Shown piece after piece: positions 38,632 through 50,072 of a stretch of 64,000 bases of DNA (positions are counted from its first letter, which is position 1; each line of letters begins with the position of its first letter). Position numbers and translations under genes: made by a program. Origin of the DNA: Marsupella aquatica (lineage: Eukaryota > Plantae > Marchantiophyta); the NCBI GenBank assembly GCA_973895155.1, contig OZ316891.1, positions 9,239,875 through 9,303,874 of the forward strand, given 5' to 3'. Under the pieces are notes generated by a model. That model was not told the origin of the DNA and did not search any database. It worked only from the letters and a program-made list of their open reading frames with translations.

Positions 38632-39521
38632 GACTCACATAGCACACACAACAACTTCAAAGCTCGTCTTGGGCTGCACACGGAAGGACGTATGTCTTAA
38701 CCTCAGCCGTCCAATCAGACCACAGCACAGCAAAGAACGGAACTACCTAAGCTCCGAACCGACAGCAGAAAATCTGAAAATTTGTCACGGTTCCGTATAA
38801 TGCTTTATAAGTACAACCAAGATAGAGCCCGAATCATCAAAGCCTATACAGCAGAATGACCGCATTTCCCGTCAGCCTGCCAAGCCACAGGTATTGACCG
38901 ATCAATTCACGCGAATTCTTGCAATACAAAGCGTCACGCACTCAGGGTGCAATAATTCTTCAATGAATCCTAACAGCTCTAGTCATTAGAGAAACCGATA
39001 GCGGGAATGGGAAGCAAACGAAGAGACGAAACACCAGCACGAAACAAAATCGACCCAAAACGATCGTGCATGCAACAATCCCGCCCGACTCAGCAGATCT
39101 GAGAAATAGAGACGAACAAAGAAGGCTAGAATTTCTCAAGCAAGTCCTGCCGCGAGTGTCTTCATGACTGTCACAACTCGCCTCTCCTTCAACCCCCACC
39201 TACAATACAGTTGTATTTGCGCTGTAGGTACTTGCTAATTCCACCCCCACCTAGAAGACAATGTGCACTGCAGCCATTTCTGAAGGTACTTGTTGCTTCC
39301 ATAATCGTTATAGGTGAGTTTTTCCTGACAAGGCAAGAACTCGTGATGGGTAACCTTTTTAAGGACAACTATTAAGTAATGTAAACTAAGGAGGCTAGCT
39401 ACTGTAGCTCTGGGCAGGATTCTAGACTGAAGCTATTCTCAAACTCCGAGTGTTCTAGCAAATAGTTTAAATCTGACCAGGTTCAAATCAGGTTAAGTTG
39501 GAGGTTTGATTCTAGTCACAC

Positions 39522-39689
39522 TAGGGCGTCTCAAACCTTGGAGTTGCGGGAAAAAATGACGCCTGGAACTATCAGTTTTGGTCACGGTTCAGCAGTGTGC
39601 GACACGGAGTTTTGTGTCCACCACTTTTTTCCCAGGACTCCTTCGCTGACCACGACCGGAGACAGCAACGCGACATTTGATATGCCCTA
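39522..39689. mobile_element. hAT-like MITE, 168 bp
   Basis: TIR tagggcgtctcaaa / tttgatatgcccta (12/14); inner inverted repeat ggagt..gggaaaaaa / ttttttccc..actcc. No 8-bp TSD retained. Confidence 0.55.
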
Positions 39690-39774
39690 CTGGAGAACAT
39701 CTACTTTGGTCTACTGGATGCGCCACTTATGACTTGTTTTTTCACTTCTCCCGGGCCTTCTCCTCTCTCTTGCA

Positions 39775-40007
39775 TTCAGGACTTGGAATGTTTCTTAAAC
39801 CACAAGTGCTCCTATAAAGGGCTACGGGTGGTTTCATTTTCACTAGCAATGAACTTGAGCTCTCATTATAAAGCTTACGTTCAGGACTTGGAGTGTTTAT
39901 TAAATCACAAGTGTTCCTATAAAGGGCTACTGGTGGGTTCAGTTTCACTAGGAATGAGCTTGAGCTCTCACTATAAAGTGCGCAAGTTCAGGAATGAGCT
40001 TGAGCTC
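39775..40007. repeat. Tandem duplication, 105 bp x2 plus a partial copy
   Basis: ttcaggacttgga.tgttt.ttaaa.cacaagtg.tcctataaagggctac...cttgagctctca.tataaag at 39775 and 39880. Confidence 0.9.
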
Positions 40008-41456
40008 CACCTTTTATGGTGAATATACTGTTCACCACTAGACAAGAATGAGCATAAGGAGGAGGCAGTGAATGGGGCCTCTATATGGGCAGGTGTCAGT
40101 GTTTTAAGATGTCCCAGAGTAAAGGATACTGAATCATTGTGTCACTCTGGTTTGAAGTGCAATTGTTTGTTCTCTCTCTAATTCACACTTGCCATAACCA
40201 CCCTGCTCCCATAACCAAAGGAACCAGCCTACATGAGGGCCCTGAAAGCCAAGTGGAAGGCCTGATGAGCCTTCCACTCCAAAGTTGAACTCAAGGGCTA
40301 TTGACTGAAGTCAACATATATTGGCTGAGATTGTTTCCAAGAAGTGCAGAGATTTGAGAGTAATTGGGGTCAGCCAGCCTTGAGGGCTGATGAAATAGAA
40401 CTCTAATGCTTACTTTGTGCTTATTATAGGGTTACAAGCTAGCAACCCAGCCCATGTCCACTGTTATCCTGTACTAAGCGCCTCATCATAGGGCCAGGTT
40501 GAAATCATGTTGTTGGGAGCTTGGGAGGTGGGGTTTGACCCCGAGTAGGATAACACTGTGGGGTGTGATAAGTTGGTTGGGCTATGGTAGTTCTGGGTTT
40601 AAATCCTTGCGTTTGATGCTTGGGTGGAGTCTGCCAAGGAGTGTACGGGGAGATAATGGCCCGTTAGGGGCAAGTTCAAATCCTGGCGTTGGAAGCTTGG
40701 GTGAGGCAAGAGGGTGAGGTTGACTCAGACTAGTAGATTAGCACTTTATTGATCTATTTGAGACCAATTTTTTATAAGAGTCTAGCATTGGGCAAACTAT
40801 CCAGTCCATTTGGCAGCCAGGCCTCTGGTGATAGAACTGGGCCCAATGGGCTCTCCGCCCATACCATACACACATACACTGAGTACTTTTGGTAGCACAA
40901 GACCACAGAAGGTCCAACATCATCAGTGACTGACGTTATTCCATCACAGGTACAATCCACAAATTGGACGGTCATTTCAGTTGGGATAACATGTATCTGT
41001 CTGGCCCGGCACATATGGAGCACATGACTGCCAGCCTAATAGGAATTTTGGCAGGGCCAACACTCAACTTTAGTGAAAGCAAGGCCATGTTCAAAAAATT
41101 AAAATTTTGGACAGCAGACTGATAACATCATTTTTGCAATGGGCTGCCCTTTTCCTGGACGAGTGGGAATGCTCTTACAAGATGCATACTTGTGGCTTTC
41201 ACCAAAGCAAACGAGAGGGACATTTCTTGTTCTAAAAATGAACTCCAGACCATAAATATTTTGAAATAAAGCTCAATAAATGCAGACCCCTTGAATGAAG
41301 GAGCCAAATGGAAATATTTGGACCACATCCATAAATAGGTGGTCCACAATTCTACACAAAAAATGACTCCACTTATCAGCATTTCTTGGGCTGCCTGGGT
41401 CTTGGGCACACTGCTTACTTCAAAAGATTAGAGTATGTACCTGCATGGGTCCTTGA

Positions 41457-41536
41457 AAGCCACATGTAGCTGTGTCATTACACATGTCATTACACATAAG
41501 CCACATGTAGCTGTGTCATTACACATGTCATTACAC
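41457..41536. repeat. Tandem duplication, 41 bp x2
   Basis: aagccacatgtagctgtgtcattacacatgtcattacaca twice. Confidence 0.92.
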
Positions 41537-43492
41537 AGTCCAGATTTTATATAGGATGGAATAAGTACCCACATCTTTTAAAACTGCCCTTAGATTTTTG
41601 CTTGCCATGTAGGATAGGTAGACACCATTCTTTTATGCATGGGCCCCATAAGCTTTTCTTCAGTAGTGAAAAATCAGGGAATTTTACCCCATCTAAAAAG
41701 TCTCTATCACTATTGGCTACAATTTGCCCGACCTTTTTGTCTTCATTGTTAGAATTGGGGTGACAAATCCCTGGAAAGTCATTTATGGCACTGTCAGGCT
41801 GTTCTTGCCTGTTGCCTGAGTTGGGGGCACATGCTGTCAATATATATACCAAGAATGGGATCTATATATCTGTCCAACAGGCTATGGATATTGTGATAGA
41901 CCATATTGATGGGGAGGCAGAGGAGTTGTGTTTGAAACCAGTTTGAGGTGCAATCCTTTTTACACAAACTCCACCCAGAAATGGGATTCAGACTAAACTC
42001 TTGACACTTTGAAGAAAAATGCTGATTGTTCAGTTTTAAAGTGCAGCAGACTGGCAGTGGACTGTCCAAATGCCATCAATGACTTTCCAGGGACTCGCCT
42101 TGCTGAATACTGTTAGCCAGTTTCCCAATAGCCATTGAGTCCATTAGCTGGGATTCAATAGGATCTTATATGTATCCAGACAAATAGGAAAATTAGGTGA
42201 GGAACACTCTTAGCATCTTCTCCTTCACAGAAAGTGACATTCATCACTTTAGGAAAAAGGAAAAACTTTTAAAATCACCCTGGCCCAAGTTCTTGTAAAG
42301 ATAGTTACACTAGAGTTGTTCCATTCATTATACATTCCAAATTTAAGAGTGAATAAAGCAATAAGACCACATTTCTTTGGAAAAGTCAACTAACTCATTA
42401 CACATTCCAAATTTACACTCATTATAATTTCCAAATCAGTTAAATAATGTAAGTGGGAATAAAAATAAACAATGAGACAGATTTCTTGTAAATTCAATTT
42501 CACTCATTATAGGGCCAATGTTTAAATATCATGCGGAATAAAAAAGAAACTTGATACTTGATTTCTTGTAAAGTCAATTTGTCTTATTATTACACAGTCA
42601 AGAATAAATCTGAAAGGGAATAACAAAGAAGGTACTAACCCGAGTCTCCTAAATACACCTTACACAACCTATACAGTCTAATCATTCTAAGTGCAAAATC
42701 CATAATTGCAAACCTAGGTATGTGCAAGTCATCCTCTTTCCCCCTATCTTGCATGGAGTTGCACTTTCTGCATCGTTTCTAAGTCACAAGTCTGTTCACT
42801 TAACAAAGGAATGTAAGGTATGCACACTTTAGGGGGTTTGCACTTATCAAAATGTGTAAACCTTGATATATGATTTAGTGTACATCGGATACTTTAGATC
42901 TAGAGTTACTATATAATTGCAATTAATGAAGCCATAATCAGATGTTTGGTTATGATTAGATGTTCATTATTTATATCAGCTGGACTTAGTTGGTGAATTT
43001 AAATTCATTATTATGAAGCTACTCACTTGGGAGATAGGAAGAGATGAGTCTTTGGAGACTCGTTATGGTCAATAGATTTAGAGTTCAGTTTCTCTTGTGT
43101 GTTAAAATGGACATAACTTTTGCTTAAACAAACCAAATATTTCCCGTGTCTATTTACTGGTGTATCCAATGTATCATACATTTATGCATGCTATTTTCTG
43201 AGTAACTAGCCCCGACTACCCATTATTTGTATGTGAATTATAGCGGAGAGGACAATAAAAGTGTCACCAAAGTATATTTTATATTCACATTCTTTGAATA
43301 TTAATGAAATGATAAAATATTATCATGCATGTCATAATTTTAATACTAATATATAACATATCATTCTTCTCTCTATATACATTATCTTTAAATTTTATGC
43401 ACATATGTTATGGTGGGGCCATAGAGTACATGCTTGTAAATGAAAATTAGAACAAAAAGCATGTAGGATAATTATCATTTGACATACATCAT

Positions 43493-43747
43493 AGTCATAA
43501 GTCTTCTCATTCACATGGTGGGTCATGGAGTCACATTCTAGAGGTTTCACTCTAGAAACGTAGCTTCCCACTCTAACTTGTACTTTCACTCTAGAAACCT
43601 AACCCCCAACTCTAAGTCATAAGTCTTCTCATTCACATGGTAGGCCATGGAGTCACATTCTAGAGGTTTCACTCTATAAACCTAGCCTCCAACTCTAACA
43701 TACTTTCACTCTAGAAACATAGCCAGCCCCCAACTCTAACTTGTACC
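43493..43747. repeat. Tandem duplication, 122-bp period, with internal tttcactctagaaac subrepeats
   Basis: agtcataagtcttctcattcacatggt...catggagtcacattctagaggtttcactcta at 43493 and 43615. Confidence 0.9.
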
Positions 43748-44983
43748 TGGCAGTGTCATTTTAATCAATAGATGGATCATTCCGAAAGTGTGCACTTAGA
43801 GAGTCTACTAGTGTACTTTAGTCTTAGAGTGAACTCATGGAGTAAATGTACACTCGCTTTCTAGCCGTGCAACAACAGCTTCGACGACGTGTGTTGATGT
43901 CGCTGCCTACTTAAATGCTGCCTCACATACCGAGAGCGCCTCCGGGAATGGATTGTCAGCAGCATTCAATATTCTTGCAATGCTCAACCCACCCAATACC
44001 TTGCTTCCCCGTGCCTCCTATCGATCCGCTTCTGCCTTCATCTTTTTGTTTGTTTGGTGGGAGCGGGTCAAAAACTTCATAGCAAAATAATAGTATATTA
44101 TCGGGAACAACCAGCTCTCGGTTTCTTCATTCTTAGAAGGGATCGCCCAGCGTTTGCCTTCATTTAATTCACGGCCGCACTCGCCACCCAATTCGTCCCA
44201 TGCACTGATCGACAGTCTTGATTCCAGAAAATCAATTCAGGCTATGGGCTCAAAACGAGAGCTCAGACTATGGGCTCAAAAAACGAGCTAAGAATGTGGA
44301 GGCACCGAAAAGAAGAATGGTGCGCTCTGTCCCCTGCCTGCCCTGTTCCCCAAGGCCATGATCCGAGTGTGTGGTGTGGGGAGCCTGAGTGGTTTATGGA
44401 GCTCATTCTGATTTTAGTGGTGTGTGGAATAAAGAATTCTTCCGAGGTGAAAGGAAAAGAAGAACTTACGGCTCGCAGAAAAGGATTGTAATTGTGGGGG
44501 AGTGAAATTCTTTGGTTTTTCGTTGTAAACGATCGTACAGAAATCTGTTTGTGTTGACGTTGTATTAATGACTACTGGATGGGCCGGTGCGAATGTACGA
44601 GAGAGATTCACAAAGTTGATAATGTCGTTTCGCTCTCGGCCTTCTCTTGATCATTATGAGATGGTGACCACGGAGTGTACCTTGCTTGATGTCCGGTCTC
44701 GTTGCTATTATTTCACCAAATTCCCCCGCTCACTGGCATAATCTCACTAGCTGGCTTGCCTTATAGCTGGTCTGGACCATGTCGATTATTCGATCCACCT
44801 GAATGTTGTTCGTCTGATGATGATACCCGTCTCCACTTTAGTGACTTCTTTTGTCCATGAGAGCCTGAGAAAAAGGTTTGGACACACTATGAACGCGTGA
44901 TCGGCAAGTGACTCGCGGCTATCTATCGACATCCACCTTCAATTCTTGCATTGGAGGAACCGAATTCTCGAACTCATCAACAA

Positions 44984-47377
44984 ATGGACATGATCGCAGG
45001 GTTTGCTGTCCTCGTAGCCATAATTTACTACGCTGGGCGCTTCTTTTGGAAGCGCCCTCTGCACATTGCGTCGTTGAAGGGGAAGCATGTGTTCATAACG
45101 GGCGCATCGAGTGGAATCGGCTTAGCTCTTGCGGAACAGGCACTTGTGGAAGGAGCATACGTGACTCTGACCGGACGGAACTCTGCTACTCTAAAAAATG
45201 CTGTTGCCTCCCTGTCCAACCAGATCGATGATAGCGCTCATCGAATCGAAATGAAGGTCTGTTTGACTCCCTCTTACTCGATCCCAAGTCTGGAATTCCT
45301 CCTCTCTTCGACTTGGGCTTGTTTTCTTTGCAAAGAAATTTTAGGTTGGTCTTTATACAGACTGAGGCTTTCAAATAGTTTTGGCGATTGTTGTTTTGAA
45401 CGTGATTGAATGGTTTCGAGGGTGAAGGCTTAGAAGCATCATTTGGTCTCCCAGCCCTTCGGTTGTGTACGAAACTTGAACTTGAACGTGGGGGTCAGAT
45501 TATTGGTTGTAAACAATATGCATTCTCTCCACAACCAACTCCACGAGATGGTACCGCCCTCTAGAGACGTGGGTCGATAGCAGTTTCAATCTCTCCGTTG
45601 GAGCAGCTTCGCCATTGCACTACTTTCGTTGCTACATCTGTAGATAGCAACTCTGATATATCATCCTTGTCACGTTTCTATTATCGGCGGACAACGGTAC
45701 ACTGATGGAATTTAACGGAGTATTTCTGGGTTGCTGTTGGATTTTCCACACAATTTCAAAGACGCACAATCTAAATATGTTGACGCGCGCCAGCATCTCT
45801 TTTTTGTAGATATAACGTCTAGCTGCACCGATATAGCGTACTGTGATGATCGAACGCTGAGTTCCTCACTTCTCCACCGTTAATTATCATCTATTGCTAG
45901 AATACTAGCAGTTCGCCTACCAAGCTCTGAAAGATTAGATAACCTTCTCGTTAGATGGTGATGAATCGCCGACGATTGGTCATGTGCAGGTTGCAGACGT
46001 AGCTGATTACGAGGCAATGGTGGGTGCAATTTCTGAATCGTTTTCATGGAGACCCATTGACGTTTTGATATGCAATGCGGGTTTGACACGGAGTGGTTAT
46101 CTGGACCAAGTAGCTGTTGAAGATCTGGAGCTCACTGTAAGAACGAACATTTTGGGCGTAATCTATGCCGTGCATGCCTTGCTTCCTCTGATGAAGAAAC
46201 GCAGTCCCAAGCATCCTATGGCTATTGTCCTCATGGGATCACTCGCCTCACTGGTAAACATTCTTTCACTGTGCCAGATATGTCACTCGCCTCACTGGTA
46301 AACATTCTTTCACTGTGCCAGATATGCACTTCCGTGCTGGCTCTATTTTATGATATCGTCGTTTGCAAAGCTTTCTTCTCGCTGCCCTCTTCTAGCTCTG
46401 TTGTGTGACTTTTGAGTCAAGCTTTAAAAGTCTTGTAACATGTTTGGCCCCTGATCGATTTGGGCGGACTTTATATTCATCCTTCCATTATTTGAGTTCG
46501 TCTGAATATACTCTATTGCGATATCGTTTCATTCAAGAGTCTAATAAAGAGTTTGAATTGTGGCTTCTTGGTTGTGCAGTTTCTCATGTATGGCAATACT
46601 GTCTACACGGCGACCAAATATGCGCTGAAGGGTATTGCTGAGAGCCTGCGGCTAGAGCTGCTTCCATACAGCATCAAAGTTACCTTGATGTGCCCAGGCT
46701 TTGTCCGAACACCGCTCCTTGATGAAGGTGCGTCACTCTCGCGAAGTTCACATGTGATTGGGACTGTATCAGAAATCTAAACAGAACACCTGATCATGCT
46801 CAATTCCTCATCATCTCTTCGTTAATAGACTCACCTTTCCTGCCATTTATTCCTCCACAGAAAACTACAGAAATCGAGCTCTAGAACTGTGATTGCAATT
46901 CGGAAACTGAGAATTGAAATGGCCAGAAAATATTATGGCTTGTAAACGAATCGCGTTCTTTGACACGTAAATCTCACGTTATTCTCTCACTAGTCACTCC
47001 TTTCCCATGCTTGATTATCATTCACAGCCGAGAAGGCCGACGACCTCCAGACGTTAATGAAGGTGGTCAATCTATACGACCGGAAGCAAGCTCATTCAGC
47101 AGAGGAGGTTGCGCTACGCACGCTGCAGGCCGTGAAGGAAGGGTCGTCCACTGTGACCATGACCCCGGTGCTCGGTTCTGCTCTTCTCATCCTGGCACGA
47201 GGGTTCATGCCTGCCGATTCAATCCTCAAGACGCTGCAGGAAATGTTGCTGTATCCATTAGTGAGACTGTTTTCCATGTTCGCACAGTTCGAGATGCATC
47301 GGAAAATTCGCGAGTATCACCGGAAGAAGCCCATAGCCGAAGTTGTCAGTAAGCGAGCAAAGATTTCTTTGGAGTAA
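44984..47377 (+). CDS. TSC10: 3-ketodihydrosphingosine reductase-like SDR (KDSR/TSC10 family), 4 exons
   Basis: Exons 44984-45256, 45990-46253, 46580-46727, 47028-47377. N-terminal TM segment, HVFITGASSGIG, ADVADY, PIDVLICNAG, catalytic S (MGSLAS) and YTATK, AESLRLELLPY, CPGFVRTP, hydrophobic C-terminus. Confidence 0.88.
46239..46326 (+). repeat. 44-bp tandem duplication spanning the exon-2 splice donor of the KDSR gene
   Basis: tcactcgcctcactg|gtaaacattctttcactgtgccagatatg at 46239 and 46283. Confidence 0.95.
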
Positions 47378-47742
47378 GCTCCACTCCTGATCGAAGTCCA
47401 GTCCTCCTGATGTACAACAGTTCACACTCATGATCAAGTCCAGTACTCCTCATGTACAACGAGTTCAGCTATGTACTCAATCGGCAATTGGAAAATAAAT
47501 GTGTCATCTTCACACCATTTCACACACTAGAGTGACTCATTGCAAATTCGAAGTGGTCATCATCTCACAAGTCTGTGAGAATCTATCGTACCTTGGAAAT
47601 TTGAGTTATGCTTAATTAATTACAGTTTTTTACTAAACCACCCTCCAACTGAGCCTTATTACAATTTTGCACCCAAAACTATTCTGTTTCGCATAGTGCC
47701 CCCAAATCGTATGAAAACTGTCTATTCTATTTCGCATAGTTT

Positions 47743-48781
47743 CGCCCCGACCACTATTATTGTGCCCTGACTCCTATCGGGACCGCCTCTCAGCCCCCCA
47801 CGTTTCCTTCGGGAACTAGCCAACAATGTTGGCTTTTTCGAATGCACTGTGTACTCCGGTTGAGGCGCGAACGAGAAGGTGGGGCGAGGGCAGAGAATGA
47901 AACGGCTGCCAAGGGGGGGAGTGCAGGATGGGGCACAGCAGCTGGATGACTTCAATCTCATTTTAAGTGTCTATGCGGGGTCCAATCCCAATCCGCAGCC
48001 CCGTCTTCTCCTGGAAGAAAGCACTTTGAATGTTGCTGGTCTTGTGAGTACTCAAAATATATGAGTACGAGCCCCATGTCCATAGGGAGTAGGGCCGGCT
48101 ATTTATGGGGCAGCACCACCAGGGGTGCCCATTTTCTACATCGATGGTTAGGCTATATATCAATGGTTAGGGAAAATAATCAATCAAATCCCATTTTCTA
48201 CATCAATGGTTAGGGAAAATAATCAATCAAATCTTATTTTTTACATCAATGGTTAGGCTATGTATCAATGGTTAGGGAAAATAATCAATCAAATCCCATT
48301 TTCTACATCAATGGTTAGGCTATATATCAATGGTTAGGGAAAACAATCAATCAAATCCCATTTTCTACATCAATGGTTAGGTTATATATCAATGGTTAGG
48401 GAAAATAATCAATCAAATCCCATTTTCTACATCAATGGTTAGGCTATATATCAATGGTTAGGGAAAATAATCAATCAAATCCAATAGGTGTGCATCTTTC
48501 CCTAATAGGAGATTTTTTGTATTGGGAAGAAGGAAGAAAAAGGGTGGGATCTTTTATTATAGTTGTAGATGAAGTAACTGTAGACTATCCTCAAAGCTAA
48601 TAAAGACAGCAGCATGGTTTACAGGTGTGAAGGAATGAAACCATGACTCCTTGCATGTCTGGGGTATCTGTTTGTCATTTCTTTACCCCTTTCTATACAT
48701 ATCTGAACATTGTTAGCTTACCTAGTCCCTGAAAGAAAACTTGGGGGCTGGGAGTCGGGGCACAATAATAGTAGTCAGGCG
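47743..48781. mobile_element. Probable non-autonomous element bounded by ~30-bp inverted repeats
   Basis: cgccccgaccactattattgtgccctgactcc (47743-47774) vs ggagtcggggcacaataatagtagtcaggcg (48751-48781). True ends and TSD not resolved. Confidence 0.5.
48128..48483. repeat. Minisatellite, 62-bp unit x6 (one unit shortened to 43 bp)
   Basis: cccattttctacatcaatggttaggctatatatcaatggttagggaaaataatcaatcaaat starting at 48128, 48190, 48233, 48295, 48357, 48419. Confidence 0.95.
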
Positions 48782-49572
48782 CATTTTTGGGCCAGGTAGG
48801 AGTCACCGGCAAATGGAGTTAAGGCTGGATGTGGGGCCGGATAGGAGTCCACTGTTGGGCCCCGACCACAACTGCAGCCATGGGTTGGCGCGCCAGCCAA
48901 CGGGAGAGGTTGCTTGTTTGGGAAGCTAGGTTGAACGTAACTACATATATATGATTTGGGGGGTAGTATGCAAATAGAATAGATTTGGGGGGCAGTCTGC
49001 TTCCCAGCACGAATCCTGGTGTTGTGCCACGGTTTAGAGGCTGCACTGCAGACAGACCGATAGTTTTTAAAAACCTATCGCAGACCCACTGGAAGGAACC
49101 TCCCCGGAATCTGTTCACTGGCCGGCCTTTAAGAGTCTCCTGCTCCCACTGTAGTTTTAAACTGCTTGTTTAGTGACCTCCTTCAGAGGCTCAGTCTCTT
49201 TCCTGGTGCTGGTCTCCCCGGTCTTAGCACATCGACTTTTGGTCCTCTGGGTTGGTGTCACTTTTTTGGGGCCCCCTTTTTGTATGTTTGCTTTATGAAT
49301 GGAATTCATTTGATTGTTTCGAGGCTAAAAACAAAAGTGGAATTATGAAACTTCTATCAAAATTGAGCTGAAATCTGCTCAACACTTACAGAGTACTTGA
49401 CAAAGCATTTGTGGGGATACGTTTGAAATACTCAGCCTATTTGCTACGTTATGAACCAAAGAGCTCAATAGTATAATATGCTTATTTGCTCCGTGATTAA
49501 GCTCAGTTTCTGATTTATTTATTTTAATTGCTTGGTCCCCCTCACTTATCTGTCCAGCTCAGGAACCTAATA

Positions 49573-50072
49573 TAGTGAAACCTCATGAGTGCAACTTTAA
49601 TAAGTTAAACCCTATCATAAGTGCAAGGATTCTCCTAATATAGTGAAACCCTATCATAAGTGCAAGGATTTTTGTGTAGCAAAATGTTAACACATTAATT
49701 GTAGCTTCTTTCAAAACTGGATTAGTGTGTCATCTAAGTCATTCAGGTCAAGTTCTATAGCTGAATCCTAGGATAAGTGCAAGAATTTGAATAAGTCAGA
49801 TAAGTGTTATTTCTTGATAAGTGCAAATATTGTAATGCAACCATTTGAATTGTCCTTGTATGTATTGCACTTTCTGAAGTTGCAATGTGTTGATAAGTGC
49901 AAGTGTACGATCAAGGATTCTGATAAGTGCAAAGGCCTCAAGAGGTTGCACTTACCAACACCTGGAATTTGCTTACTTTCTTGTTAGTAGTTATCCACCA
50001 ATTGCAATGTTCAATTCATTAAGTGCAATCGTGAGCTGTAACAAAGCCCTTGCATTTATCAAGGTCTCACTG
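49573..50072. mobile_element. Degenerate Tc1/pogo-like MITE
   Basis: Left TA|tagtgaaacc..taagtgcaa (locally duplicated); right ttgcatttatcaaggtctcactg; many internal (g)ataagtgcaa motifs. Similar motif clusters at ~16330-16440 and ~42670-42882. Confidence 0.5.

Noticed and set aside
40650-40700. tRNA-like gttcaaatcc box
   Set aside because: No cloverleaf or A-box could be built.
48128-48483. CRISPR array or telomeric tract
   Set aside because: Units are contiguous with no unique spacers, there are no cas genes, the context is eukaryotic, and TTAGGG occurs only once per unit.
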